Shown here piece by piece: positions 1 to 13,253 of a DNA stretch of 64,000 nucleotides. The notes below the pieces were generated by a model. That model did no database searches. It was given only the letters and a program-made list of their open reading frames with translations, and was not told the origin of the DNA. The stretch comes from the human T2T-CHM13v2.0 reference genome, Homo sapiens, in assembly GCF_009914755.1 (NCBI RefSeq), contig NC_060932.1, one strand, 5' to 3'. Every line of letters begins with the position of its first letter. The stretch's first letter is position 1. Both the position numbers and the translations under genes were made by a program.

Positions 1-84
1 AGTGAAATTATCTAACTTGTAAAAAGTAATATGGAAACTATTTTTTACCTTAAAAATTGTTTTGACCTCACTCTAGGAGGAAAC

Positions 85-385
85 TTTTTTTTTTTTTTTT
101 TTTTTGACGGAATATTGCTCTGTCGCCCAGGCTGGAGTACAGTAGCATGATCTGGGCTCCCTACAACTTCCGCCTCCCAGGTTCAAGTGATTCTCCCCAC
201 TCAGCCGCCTCAGTATCTGGGATTACAGGCACTCACCAACACACCCGGCTAATTTTTGTATTTTTAGTAGAGATAGGGTTTCGCCATGTTGGCCAGGCTG
301 GTCTCGAACTCCTGACCTCAAGTGATCTGCCCGCCTCAGCCTCCCAAAGTGTTGGAATTACAGGAGTGAGCCACTGCGCCTAGCC
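85..385 (-). mobile_element. Alu SINE, AluSx-like, full length
   Basis: Poly-T 85-105 followed by reverse-complement Alu dimer (GCCCAGGCTGGAG...TAATTTTTGTATTTTTAGTAGAGA...CTCCCAAAGTG...GAGCCACTGCGCCTAGCC). Confidence 0.96.
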
Positions 386-1001
386 GGGAGAAAGTTTTTA
401 AGTGAAGATCCAAGATATTCCAAAAGCAAAGCAGCATATTAGTAATTTTCATGGCAATAAATATGATACACTAGCTCATCAAAATATATAAAGAGGGAGA
501 AAACATAAGTGCACACTATGAGAGGTTGGTGTTTCAACTGTAACACAAAAAATGTCTATACCTAAAATGTATAAATAATGGCTTCAATTCCACAAAATGT
601 CAACCACGCAGACAAATGTTCTAAGTGGCTACCAAAATGTGTGAAAAGGGGGCCATCCTTAGTTGTGCTCGGGGAAATGATTAATGAAAAATCACGTCAA
701 AGCTGTCAGATTGGTAAAACTAGAAAGCATAGCACCTGACAGTATTATATTTTGACTGAGATGCAATATCCTAAGCACTGCTGATTAGAGTGTAAATTGT
801 TCAATAACGTCTGAAAACAGTTGCCTTTATATGGTAACATCAGAGTTATACATACCAGGTGAGTGTTTTGGCCTAAGAGAGAGGCATATATACAGGAAAG
901 TACAGTGAGTGCTGAGCAGGTTCCTGCAGATGTCTCATGCTGATTCTTCAGAAAATCCCAGAAGCAAGAAATGAGAGATCTGTGATGCCCCTTTAAGGTG
1001 A

Positions 1002-1480
<479 letters not shown>

Positions 1481-2632
1481 CTGTGGGCCATTTCTAGAGC
1501 CAGAGGTGACAGCAAGAGTTTGTGCAGTATTGAACAAGGTTTCCAATATACTTGTCACTCCATGCTTCCTCTTCTATGGCTATGACTCTAGAGAAACTCT
1601 TGCACAAATACACCAAGAGCCTTGCACTTCTGAGTACAGCTAAAAGCAGTGTAGTTCTCAGTAGTACATGCAAATGAAAAGCATGGATAGATATTGGGAT
1701 CATAAGGTCAAGCAAAGAAAAAGAAGCATGTTGTAAAATAACAGATAGAATATTCTACCATTTATGGAGATTTTAAAAACATTAGTTATTTATGAATACA
1801 AAGCAAGAGAATCATAAATGCAAATATCAAGACAGTGGTTATTTTTGAAGGGAGGCAATTAGTAATTTAATTTCAAAAAGGCATAAATAGAACTTTAAAG
1901 TCAACAGTTATATTTTTAACTGGATGGCTTGTTTTACAATGATTTTTATAACTTTAATGCATTTTATATATTTACCATGGTATCTCCTTCTTATTTATAA
2001 ATATATAATTAAAAGCAAAAGAAGGAGAAAGAAGTAGTAAGAAAAAAATCAAGTATCAAGTTGCCCTTATACTTGTTATATTGCCCTATTTATCTATTTT
2101 TCTTTGTTGACCCTCTGTGAATCTTAATTCATTTATTTCTCTAAACTATCTTTAATTTATTTTTATCACTTTATGCCATTACAATGTAATATCTTTTATT
2201 TCTGATTTTAGAGATTACAGAAGAATTTAGGTAGATTAGCTAGTCTTTGGTTGCAAAATAATGATATAGGGAATCAATCTGACCATTAATACACTTTGTT
2301 TAGCCCATAAAGTGTTTAAAAATGAAGTGGGGTGTTATCAGAATAAACATATATCCTTTAGTTAGCTGTGAACCCACACCCTATTGTCTTGGGCCAGTCG
2401 GCTTTGCTCATTTACTTTTCTCTGATAATGGTTGGTTATGTATATTTGTGTATACACATTGTAACCCTACTTTATACAAACATGAAGGTTAGGAGGCAGT
2501 AGTTCAGTGACATGAAAAGAGAAGGTTCCTCACCTCAAAGTAAAAAAAGAGGTTTCTTTAAGTCTGCTATACCCTTCTCCTCCATATGATTCTGGCTCAT
2601 ACTGTACATAGTCTTTAGTAGATACTACTTCT

Positions 2633-2961
<329 letters not shown>

Positions 2962-3699
2962 TTACCTACATCTTCTAACAAGAGGATTCTAAGAGTTAAG
3001 TATGCTTTGTAATTCTTCTTGAGGCCAGTGACGTTGTGCACGGGAGTTCGAAGGGAAGAGGTAAACAGAGCAAGTAAAGGCAGCAGGAATGTGCAGCAGA
3101 AATTACAGATTCAGAGAATGTGAATAAAGGCATTGAGCTGCCTCTGTGGAATAAGCAATGAGGCATGAGTTGATGTAGTTTATGTGCATTCACATCTTTT
3201 AGGGTTGGCAGGACCACTTGCAATTACGTTACAGAATTCGTAGTGGAAGTCAGGGCAAGGCTTGCTTGTGAACAATTTGTTGAATATTAGTCACATTTGG
3301 ACAATATCCTATGAGGAAATCACATATTGGCCTGATACTTGTCATTGAAGAGGGGAACTGACAGCTCCTTCTAACTTCACATTACGACAGCTCAAATGGT
3401 TTTATTAAAGACACAGAGAAAGAAATACAGTATCAGTATTCAGTTCATGTTAGATAATCATGACCTGGGAACCTACCATCTATCAACTTGCACTAGAACT
3501 TCTATTAGGTATAAGCAAGGTTCAGCTCCTGCCTTCAAAGAACACACATTGAAATGAGTCTGACAAATGCTTACTCACAGTTGTACTTATGTGAGAAGAG
3601 TACTAATAGAGATTGATAAAATATTGCATCAGGATTCCAGAGAATTCAACCATTTTAGTCTGGAAGCTGATTTAAGTTAATTGTGGAAACTGTCAGTGT

Positions 3700-3778
3700 G
3701 GAGAGAGAAAAGAAATAAGTAAGGAGAGGAGAGGAAAGGAAAGGAGAGAAAGGAGAGGGGAGGAGAAGAGAGAAAGAC
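3700..3778. repeat. GA-rich low-complexity tract
   Basis: Imperfect GGAGA/GGAAA repeats, almost entirely purine. Confidence 0.85.
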
Positions 3779-4454
3779 TCTTGCTAGCAAAATAAATAAA
3801 AGGTGCAGATATAGAATAATAAATACAGGTGGTAAGTTTGGGAACCAAAGAATGTAAGCATATTTGAGTGTATGCATGAGGGACATGAAAGAAAGGAGGG
3901 GGATCTTTCATGTTTAAAGCATGGAGGAGGAAACACTGGGACATTTTAACGTGATATAGGTGAAATTTTCCTTTGTGAACATTTAACATTAGTTTACCAC
4001 CTTTAAATGTTGTGTTTAATCTAAATTTGGCTGGGAATTGCAAGCCTTTTTAAAGCTTTAATTTAAAAATTAAAAAATTTCAGTCTGCAAGGCACAAAGC
4101 CTGCAAGTTTAAAACATTTCAACTTTGAAAATATTTTGATCAGATTCTAATGAATGGATTGTAGCACTACACCTGTTGGTAGACTACATGAACTACAGAC
4201 TGTGCAATTTTATAAAGAACCAGATAAACAGTTCAAAAGTTTTGTAATTTATTTGCATAGTGTTTTGTAATCATCTCTAAAAGCCTATCAACAAATTTCT
4301 TTCTACTGAAGCAGTGAGATCAAACTATGGAAGACTTTACAATATTTTCATTGTTTCCCATTCCCCGATGCGCTGTATCTTTCATTGATGTTTTTTACCC
4401 TACAATGAACAAAATGCCAAATTTCAAAGCTAAATTTAAATTATGGATCCCTTC

Positions 4455-4670
4455 CATAGCAACTGTGTAGCCAAGATAAGTCACTTAACTTTATTGAGAC
4501 TCAGTTTTCATATCCATGAGAATGATGATGATACCTGCCTTATATAATTTCCAAGGTATACAAGAAATTAAAATTAGGTCAACATTAGAGAAAAGTGCCT
4601 TTAATGACCATAGAAGTAAATGTGAGTGTAGGTTACAGTTATCATTAATGTTATCATTAATGTTGTCATT
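4455..4670 (+). mobile_element. MIR SINE fragment
   Basis: MIR core-like AAGTCACTTAAC...CTCAGTTTTCATATC; ends in tandem GTTATCATTAAT copies. Confidence 0.6.
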
Positions 4671-4804
4671 TTCATGCTCTTTCCCTCTTACTTGGCTTTT
4701 TTTTTTGGATGCCTGGTAAATAAATCATGCTTAGAGTTAATAAATATTTGTGCCTCACAGAATACCCTTCCCTATGTGTGCATTATAACGTGTATCTTGA
4801 GTGC

Positions 4805-5182
4805 TGATACGGTTTGGCTCTGTGTCTCCTCTGAAATCTCATCTCAAATTGTAATAATCCCCACATGTCAAGGGTAGGACCAGGTGGAGATAATTGAATC
4901 ATGGGGGTGGTTCCTCCCATGCTGCGCTGTTCTCATGATAGTGAGTGAGATCTCATGAGATCTGATGGTTTTATAAGGTACTTCTCCCTTTGCTTGGCAT
5001 TCATTCTCTCTCCTGCCACCCTGTGAAGAGGTGCCTTCCGTTATGATTATAAGTTTGCTGTAGCCTCCCAGCCGGGTAGAACTGAGTCAATTAAACCTCT
5101 TTTTTTTTTATTTTTTTATTTTTTTAATAAATTACCCAGTCACGGGTATTTCTTCATAGCAGCATGAGAGCGGATAAATACA
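4805..5182 (+). mobile_element. Solo MaLR LTR (THE1C/D-like)
   Basis: TGATACGGTTTGGCT start, ATTAAACCTC, ends ATACA; 5-bp TSD AGTGC/AGTGA (4/5 match). Confidence 0.92.
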
Positions 5183-5252
5183 AGTGACCTCACAACTACC
5201 CTGATACATAAACAGATTAGGCATTGCGATAAATAATTTTAAGGGAGAAACA

Positions 5253-5521
5253 ATGTAGTGTTTTGGTTTAGAGCATGGATTATGGAATCTAGCATCTTGT
5301 ATTCAAATCCTAGCTTTTTCACTACTAATTATGTAACCTTGAAAAAGTTATTTAACCTCTCTTTGCATCAAGTACATCACTGTCAAAATGTGGTTAATGC
5401 TATGGTTAACAGTTCTATTTATTTTATTGGAATTTTATGGATTTAAAGATAATTAATACATGTAAAGTGCTTAGAACAGTGCCTGGCAAACAATAAATAT
5501 TCAGTAAATATTAGCTATTAA
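5253..5521 (+). mobile_element. MIR SINE, near full length
   Basis: TTCAAATCCTAGCT, AAGTTATTTAACCTCTCT and the 3' end ATGTAAAGTGCTTAGAACAGTGCCTGGCA. Confidence 0.88.
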
Positions 5522-5549
5522 TTTGCTGTGATGATTATTTTGTCAAGGT

Positions 5550-5662
5550 CACTGCTGAGAAAATCAGATTCAGTAATTCTAGGTGAGGTTTTAAAATCTG
5601 CATTACAAACAAGTTTCTCTGCTGATCCTGGGGCAGGTGCCACAGGGCTTGCATTTTGAAAA
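5550..5662. mobile_element. MER5A-like hAT-Charlie MITE fragment
   Basis: GATTCAGTAATTCTAGG...AATCTGCATT..AACAAG...CATTTTGAAAA resembles half of MER5A. Confidence 0.6.
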
Positions 5663-7030
5663 TTAGAATTAGCTAGCATAGCCTAATGGGCAGACTCTTT
5701 CCTGATTTAACATGAACTTCATTCATATAGTTGCATGCCAGCTATATGCCACATGCCATGCCCAAATCTGGGATATGTCTGTTACTACTTTTTCATTTGT
5801 GTCCATGTGTGCTTCCTCCTAGATGCAACCCAGTAGCTTATCTTAAGCTTTTCTGTGCTTAAGAGTTTTTTTTTTCTTGTTTTTAAGAATCCTTACTCTC
5901 AATGTTAACTGAAGAAGGTGTAAAATGAACACCCTTTATCACTTGATTTTTATTGATGTTTCATTTTCCTCTAATTTGTTTTGCAAAGTGCTAGCTTCCT
6001 GCTTTCCCTATTAAGGCTAGAAATTCCTTCGGCTTGACCCTACAGTTGTCTCTCTAAACTGAGTGTGTATTCTATCCTGTCTCAATTTTCCTGGATCACT
6101 GGATTCTTTCCTGAATGACATTCTGCACATTATGGCAACAAGAGAGGTATTTTAAAATCCTTTGGATCTGAAGACTCACTTTCTGTTTGAAGTTTAAACT
6201 CAAAACAGATTCCCCATTGCATGGCATCATGGTACCCTCCTACCAAACACTGTAGGAGATATCCTGGAATGTCAGATCAGTGTAATTGATCAAGGATGAG
6301 GGTCATGTGGGTTGAGAATGACTATTTGTTTTAAGATGAGTTATTCCAGAAGTAAGTCCTGAGACAAGGGTTTCAGTGACAGAGAACTTAGAAATGTCTA
6401 GTAGAAAAGTGAAGAGTAAGACAGGGAGATGATAGCCATCAATACAGAGTATTTAGCAGGTTACTGCTTTAGAAAACACAGTCTCAATCACTCTGAAAAC
6501 CTCTGGGAGATAGCATAAAATTTTCTCAGTGTGGTTTCCACTGAAGGAAAAGGAGGCTGGAGTATTTACACAGCAAATCCCCATTCTTGATGGGGATTTC
6601 TTCAGGAAGCTATTTCTTCAGGAGTCGTCTCCTTGCCATTCTACTTTAAACACTAAGTATGTTGTTATGACCCCCCAAAAAATCTGGAAAACAGTTGCAG
6701 GGGTTTGCCATAGGGATCCATTGGTGTGTATGGGAACACTGTATTGAAATATGAATGGACACATATGGTAGCTGTTGTACACATACATAGCACTGGGTTG
6801 GATACTTCTCAAAATAAAGAGTTGTTTACAGATATTTATTAATTGCATTTATAAATGTTTATGTGCAGCTATATACTTATTCCAGCTTATTCTGCTCTAG
6901 GCATTGACATCCATACAGGCAATCTGAAGGTGAGTGAGATGCAATATTGCCATAAAAAAATTAAAGTTTAACAGGGAAGATCATAAAGCAAACCTATAAA
7001 TAACAGCAAAATTTCAGTGGGTGGAAAGAA

Positions 7031-7054
7031 ACACACACACACACACACACACAC
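7031..7054. repeat. (AC)12 microsatellite
   Basis: Direct reading. Confidence 0.95.
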
Positions 7055-7129
7055 CAGCAAGCAAGTCTTCTGCACTAACAAGGTGATCTTTGAACAGGGG
7101 TATTAAGTCTGAATAGCAGTTTTCCAAGT

Positions 7130-7625
7130 TAGACACAGAAAGGTGGAAAAGAACATAGCAGGCTGAAGATAGGATGCTCACAGGAGACGATGGGGGAAGT
7201 GTTCTGTTGTGTATTTGAAGGAGAAGGAAACGTTTAATCTGGTAGAAATATATAAAGCAGGGTTCGAAGTGGGGGTAGGGATCATGGATGGAAGAAACTT
7301 CAATCAATGTGGACAAAATTTATGTTGAGGCCACTTTAGTTAGGGTGCTTCTGTCCCAAGCAAAAGTCTTTATTGTTCTGTGGCTCTATAAATAGGTCAA
7401 GAAATAATTTTAAGTAGAAAAGAGCCATATTTAGAAAAATCTCTTTGGCTGTAGGTGAATATTGGATGGGTAGAGGAGAGATTTGCGGGTGGGTCTCTGA
7501 GGCTGTTGTAACAATCCAAAGGAAAGATTCTGATGGTAATTCATTGATAATGGAGAGGAAAGAAAGTGTTTCCAAGACAGAGCTTAAGTAAAGTCGACAT
7601 GTTTTGCTTGAATATTGGATATAAC
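7130..7625 (-). mobile_element. L2 LINE relic
   Basis: TTTAGAAAAATCTCTTTGGCTGTAGG...GAGGCTGTTGTAACAATCCA resembles antisense L2. Confidence 0.5.
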
Positions 7626-7902
7626 GAGTTGCATTCATTATAAAAGACTGCCTTATTACTAATCTACTTACTGTCTTCTGATAAACCTTTTTGCCGTCCG
7701 TTTACAAAACTTGTCTCTTTTCTCTCTCTCCTCGTATTCCTTTTTGTATTATTTCACAGAAAAGTTTGGCATGCACAGAAACTGAGCCCTTAAATATAAA
7801 GCTTCTTAAATAACACTTCCATTCATAGTCTTTTCATTCTAGGCAGAGCAAGTTCTAATTGCAGAAGAGCAGAATGGAAAATTGGGGTGTTCATTGGCCT
7901 TG

Positions 7903-8162
7903 TGTATATATATATAATATATAATAAATATATATAATATATAATTATACATTTATTATATATGATATATATCTACTATATATATTTTCTATATAAATTA
8001 TATATTTATTATGTAGTATACATTACATCTATTATATACAGTAAATATATAATATATAGTAAATATAATAGATACATGTAAATATAATATATAGTAAATA
8101 TATATAATAGATATAATATATACTATATGTAATAAATATATAATTATATATATAATATATGT
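7903..8162. repeat. AT-rich (TA)n/(TATAA)n low-complexity block
   Basis: About 260 bp made almost wholly of A/T with TATA periodicity. Confidence 0.95.
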
Positions 8163-8809
8163 ATTTAGCTTTTCTCTTTCCCTGTTTGTGTTTCTGCCTC
8201 TCCAGCTCTAAGTAAACTCTAGCTGCCTCAAAGGGGTGTTGAAATAATAAATGCAATTTCTTGAGGATGGCTTTGAATTCCCAGATGAAAGGTGCTACAT
8301 CCCTGAAAATTATAATTCAAATCGAAGCAGTCAACCTTTCATCCCCACATGCCTTTGAGGTTTAGAGTCCTTATGTGGATTCCAAATAAAGTAAGAAAAC
8401 ATCTCTAAAATGCCAACAAAGTTTCAAAAAGCAAAACATGGGGAAGAGATTTTCATCCTTGCCTTAAAAACAAAGTTTAAATAATAGCACTTTCTATTAA
8501 TAAAATTTCTATGAATTTAACTCTTGGATCTTTAATTTCCTAAAAGAGAACAAATATAAATAGAAATGCCTTTTTTCTACCATATTTCAGTTGAAATAAT
8601 GGATTTGTTTAAACTACATATTCCTATATGTCAAATAATAATAAAGTAGGATAAAGTCATAGTTATATTAAAATTCATAATTTTATTAAGATCTCCACTT
8701 TCTGAAAGGGAACACACTTATGGAACTTCATTTGGATGTGGAGAAGAATTAGAGAATCTCAAGGCATCAATTAAATTATGGGTGGCAATATTTAAAATTT
8801 GAAAGCTCA

Positions 8810-8950
8810 CAGTTGTTATAGACAGAGATAGCTACATTTGAATCCGGATTTAACCACTTCATAACTGTGGAAAAAGATGGAGTTGATTTTCTTTCTTATA
8901 TTCAGGTTTCTAATTTCTAAAGTGGGAGAAATAATATTAACACCCAGTGA
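8810..8950 (+). mobile_element. MIR fragment
   Basis: TTTGAATCC...CCACTTCATAACTGTG...TTCAGGTTTC...TAAAGTGGGAGAAATAATA. Confidence 0.55.
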
Positions 8951-10856
8951 GGAGTCAGTCAGTTTCTGATCCTGATGCACTCGTCTGCAAGTGGTTTAGA
9001 GAATTTACTCAAAAAAAATAAATAAATAAAAAATAAATAAATAAAAAGAAAAACCCTGGGGAAAAAACTTTGTATTTTTCATTAGAGTTCAGCCTCATAA
9101 ATCCATGTGGGACTCTAGTCGAAATTGCTAACATTTTTGTAAACAAATGACAAAATACAATAATTCTTATCCAAATCAATCCCACGAAGAAAAGAGATAG
9201 ATGAGTAAAAAAGGACACTTTATTAATAGACATTATGTGTAAGTCTGTGACCCCAGACTCCCTTAAGTTCTCTAGTGATTGAAGCTCTCTCTTTCATCCT
9301 GATTGAGATGAGCATGAGAGGCCTGGAACAAAGACGGGTGGAAGTCTCGCTCTGCAGGTTTCTCACAGCCCTGTTCAAACTGTGTGAACTTTTCCCTCCA
9401 ATAGAAGGAGACACAGGCATAGACTTCAGGGAACAGAGGGACTACAGAAAGAAAGATCCTCACTTTCTAAGATCTTAGCAGGCCAGGAGAGCTGCCCTAT
9501 GGCCCAGGAGCTGTACCAGAGGATTTCAAGTGAGAAGGTCTGGCCTCTTCTGGTATAAACTCATTCTCTGGCCATTGTAACTCTGACCACCACAAAGAAG
9601 AGAGAGAAGCAGCACCTTGAATGTATGTTATGCTCTGGTATCTATTCCCTCTAAATATTTAATTTCGTCGAGAAATGTCCCAATATGTGTTTTTAAACTT
9701 GGGGCAGAGGTTTGACATTTTTGGCCACTCCCTTGTACAATATAAAATAATGGGTAAAATCCAAGCACCACTAATTCAATGTATTTCCTCTGTCAAGTGG
9801 ATGCCAACAGCCATGAGCAGACTAGACAAAAATTAATTAGTCCAAAACTTGGAATTCTTCCAAGTTTAAAACCTAATCTTTGTCCTAGAGTTCCTATGAT
9901 TCATATGATTAAAGAAAAAAGAGGAAAAATATAACAAATCAAATATAAGATGTGTAACAAGGTAAAGAAAACATTTTTTTCATCTAAATCTTAAAGCTTA
10001 TACTTAATCTAAGTGTTCTGTTGGAAAAATTTCCCTTTTTATCTTCTTCCACCCAGCACACTCACAAGCCCATTTTATGACAACACATACATAGATACTA
10101 CTACAAACATATGACCAGATGATATGAAAAATAAAAATAAAATAGGCTATTCACTGTAAAGTGACAATCATATTCTGTGGTATTATTATATTAGTCTTGA
10201 GCCATAACAATGATCCTCCTCCTTCTCTAAGGTGAGTGGATGGTAAGATTATACGCATAGTGGGAAAGCTTTACCATTCAGGATAAACTAAGTCAAATGC
10301 TCAGTGTTGACCAAGGAAACCTTAGGCTAATTATTCTGATTCATAGGTTCAATTGTGTGATGTCAGCTTGTCTAAAACCCGGAACTGTTTCCTAGATTTC
10401 CGATTTCCCTCATCTGTAGCAGGAGTAGGAATCTAGTTTAGAATTGGCCAAAAGAGTGATGTGATTATGTTTTAGAAAGATAAAACAAAACAGACATCAT
10501 TAATTTCAGAGGATGTAAAATTTAGATGTAGCAACAAAAAGATAACAGAAATGCCCTGTGGCTCCCAACTGATGATTGCTTTCCTCTACTCCATGTCCGG
10601 CTCATCGTCCAACAGCTGCACCCTCCGAAACTAACATTCCCAGGGCAACAAGCAGGCATTTGGATGTAACAAACATTTAAAAATACGATACCAAATCTCT
10701 ACAATCCCTTCTAAAAATATAGAGGCAGAGGGCACACTTCCTTACTCATTTTATGAAGCCAGAATTGCCCTAATAGCAAAACTAGATAAGAGTAATAGAA
10801 AAGGGAAACTATAGGATGAAATTTTTCATGAACATACATTAAAAATCCTCAAGAAA

Positions 10857-10975
10857 GTCTGGATTCAGTGGCTTGTACTTGTAATCCCAACATTTTGGGA
10901 GGCCAAAGAAGGAGGTTCGTTTGAGCCTGGGAGTTTGAGACCAGGGTGGGTAACATAATGAGACCTTGCCTCTAC
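10857..10975 (+). mobile_element. Alu left monomer (FLAM-like)
   Basis: CAGTGGCTTGTACTTGTAATCCCAACATTTTGGGAGGCC...GAGACCTTGCCTCTAC; TSD TTAAAAATCCTCAA(G/C)AAA at 10839-10856 and 11203-11220. Confidence 0.88.
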
Positions 10976-11025
<50 letters not shown>

Positions 11026-11202
11026 GAGAGAGAGCGAGAGATAATATATATTTAAAAATATATATTTTATGTATTATATATTTAAAGTATATGTATTTAT
11101 ATATTATATTTAAAATATATATACACACATATATGTACACACACAGAGAAATCTATTTCCTAATATATCTCTCTGTGTATGTATGTATGTGTATATATAT
11201 AT
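10976..11202. repeat. Compound (CA)n(TA)n(GA)n...(TGTA)n microsatellite
   Basis: Direct reading; lies inside the TSD pair of the Alu monomer. Confidence 0.92.
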
Positions 11203-12259
11203 TTAAAAATCCTCAACAAAATATTAGTGAACTGAATCAAAAAATGTGTAAAAAATTATACACTATAACCAAGTGTAATTTTTTGCCAGATATGCAAGGA
11301 TGTTTGAACATTCAAAAACCAATTACTTTAACCTATCATATTAACAGGCTAAAGGAGAAAAATTGCAAGATCATGTCAATATATACAAATTAAAAATTTG
11401 ATAGTCCAACACTCAGTTATGATAAAAACATTTTGCAAACAAACAATAGAGATAAATTTTCTCAACTCCATAGGGAACATCTACAAAAATCCTATAGTTA
11501 GAATCAGATTTAACACTGAGAAACTGGATATTCTTCCCCTAAAAGTTGAAAAATGGCAAGAATATTCACTCTCAGTTCATTATATAGGAAGTCCTAGCTA
11601 GTGCAGTAAGAAAAAATAAAATAAAGGTATACTTATGGGAAGAAATAAAGCTTTGTTCACACTTGACATAATTGTCTATATAAAAAAATTCCCAAAGAAT
11701 CAAGAACAACAACAAAAAAGACAAACTTCTAGAGCTAATGAGTAAATATAGTAAGGTCACAGGACTGAGGTTAATATAGCAAAAGTAGCTAGCATTCCTA
11801 CATACCACCAATGAATAATTGATATTTTGAAATTTAAAAACATACCATTCATAATATCACTAATTTTTTTTTTAATTAAAAAAATACTTAGGTGAAGCTA
11901 GAACTGAGAGATTCCATGATGCCTGAATGCTCAAATCTCTCCTGCTGAGAGTGGGGTTGGTTTCTCTGTCAGCCTGGAAAGATTGTACCCAAATCTAATG
12001 AACCAGGTGCAGGGTGGCCACCCTTACAGGCTATAATGTAGAAAATGATGTGGACCTTCCTTTGAAAGAAGGAAATAAAAGCCTTGGAGCTCACATGTGT
12101 CAGTGACACTCAGGGTTCCCTTTCTATCAGCAAACAGATTTAGATGAGATTTGGAAAGTTGGCCTTTTGGGACAGATGAAAAACAAGAATTAGATTAAAT
12201 AAACACACATAATATCTCTGTTCTGCTGAGTGGCTAAGTGACTTCAATAATACTCACAT

Positions 12260-12358
12260 TTATCTATCTATCTGTCTGTCTATCTATCTATCTCTCTATC
12301 TATCTATCTCTCTATCTATCTTCTATTTACCTATCTATTTATCTATTATCTATCTATA
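12260..12358. repeat. Imperfect (TATC)n tetranucleotide repeat
   Basis: Direct reading. Confidence 0.92.
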
Positions 12359-12864
12359 GATATCACAGTGTTGGTACTATTTTGTGTTTGGGGTTATTAT
12401 AAATAAAGTCACTAAGAGAAAAAAATAAAATGAATTCAACAAATCACAGAGTAGAACAAGTATCATATATCTACTTTCACACTTACAAATGGGTTCAAAT
12501 TCCACTTATAGCTTTTCATTATTGTAATCCAGAGCCAAGTCAGGGTCTCATTATGGCTTGGGAACTTGATCATTTAAAAATGACTTATTCAGTAACTAAA
12601 AGAGAGAAGTTTTTTGCGTTTTTTTCAACTATTTTCCCAAAAATAAATCAAATTGTCACATGAGAATATATATGAATTTAAAGAAAACGATTTTCTGATG
12701 AAGTACAATGATCATGATGGTAGAACTTCCTTCTTAATCCCTGACAGTTGCTATTGGATAGTGTCAATATTGCTTTATAAGGTCAATAGAAAATCAGTTT
12801 ATTTCACTATAGTACATTTCCTGAAACATTTTCTGAACATCATGTTTACCCTCCAGAAGTATCC

Positions 12865-13253
12865 TGATATGGTTTGGCTGTGTCCCCACTCAAATCTCAT
12901 CTTGAATCATAACTTCCACAATTCCCACATGTCATGGGAGGAACCCAGTGGGAGGTGACTGAGTTACGGGGGCACGTCTTTCCTGCTCTGCTCTCATCAT
13001 AGTGAATGAGTCTCACGAGATATGATAGTTTAAAAAAAAAAAGAAAAAAAAAAACCAGGAATTTCTCGGCACAAACCCTCTCTCTCTGCCTATTGCCATC
13101 CATGTAAGACATGACTTGCTTCTCCTTGTCTTCCACCATAATTGAGAGACCTTCCCAGCCATGTGGAACTGTAAGTCCATTAAACCTCCTTCTTTTTTAA
13201 ATTGCCCAGTCTCAAGTATGTGTTTGTCAGCAGCATGAAAACAGACTAGTACA
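12865..13253 (+). mobile_element. THE1 5' LTR
   Basis: TGATATGGTTTGGCTGTGTCCCCAC...CAGACTAGTACA followed by the internal start GTAAATT. Confidence 0.95.

Larger units (their letters stand above)
10680..11892 (+). mobile_element. Old L1 (L1M) ORF2 RT-region fragment, interrupted by an Alu monomer
   Basis: CTCATTTTATGAAGCCAG; degraded translations (PDMQGCLNIQKPI..YHINRLKEKN, IYKNP) resemble the L1 ORF2p RT region. Confidence 0.85.

Noticed and set aside
4638-4670. Tandem 12-mer GTTATCATTAAT repeated about 2.7 times
   Set aside because: Ordinary slippage duplication at a MIR tail.
12011-12024. Perfect 14-bp palindrome AGGGTGGCCACCCT
   Set aside because: About 4 palindromes of this length are expected by chance in 64 kb (64000/4^7).
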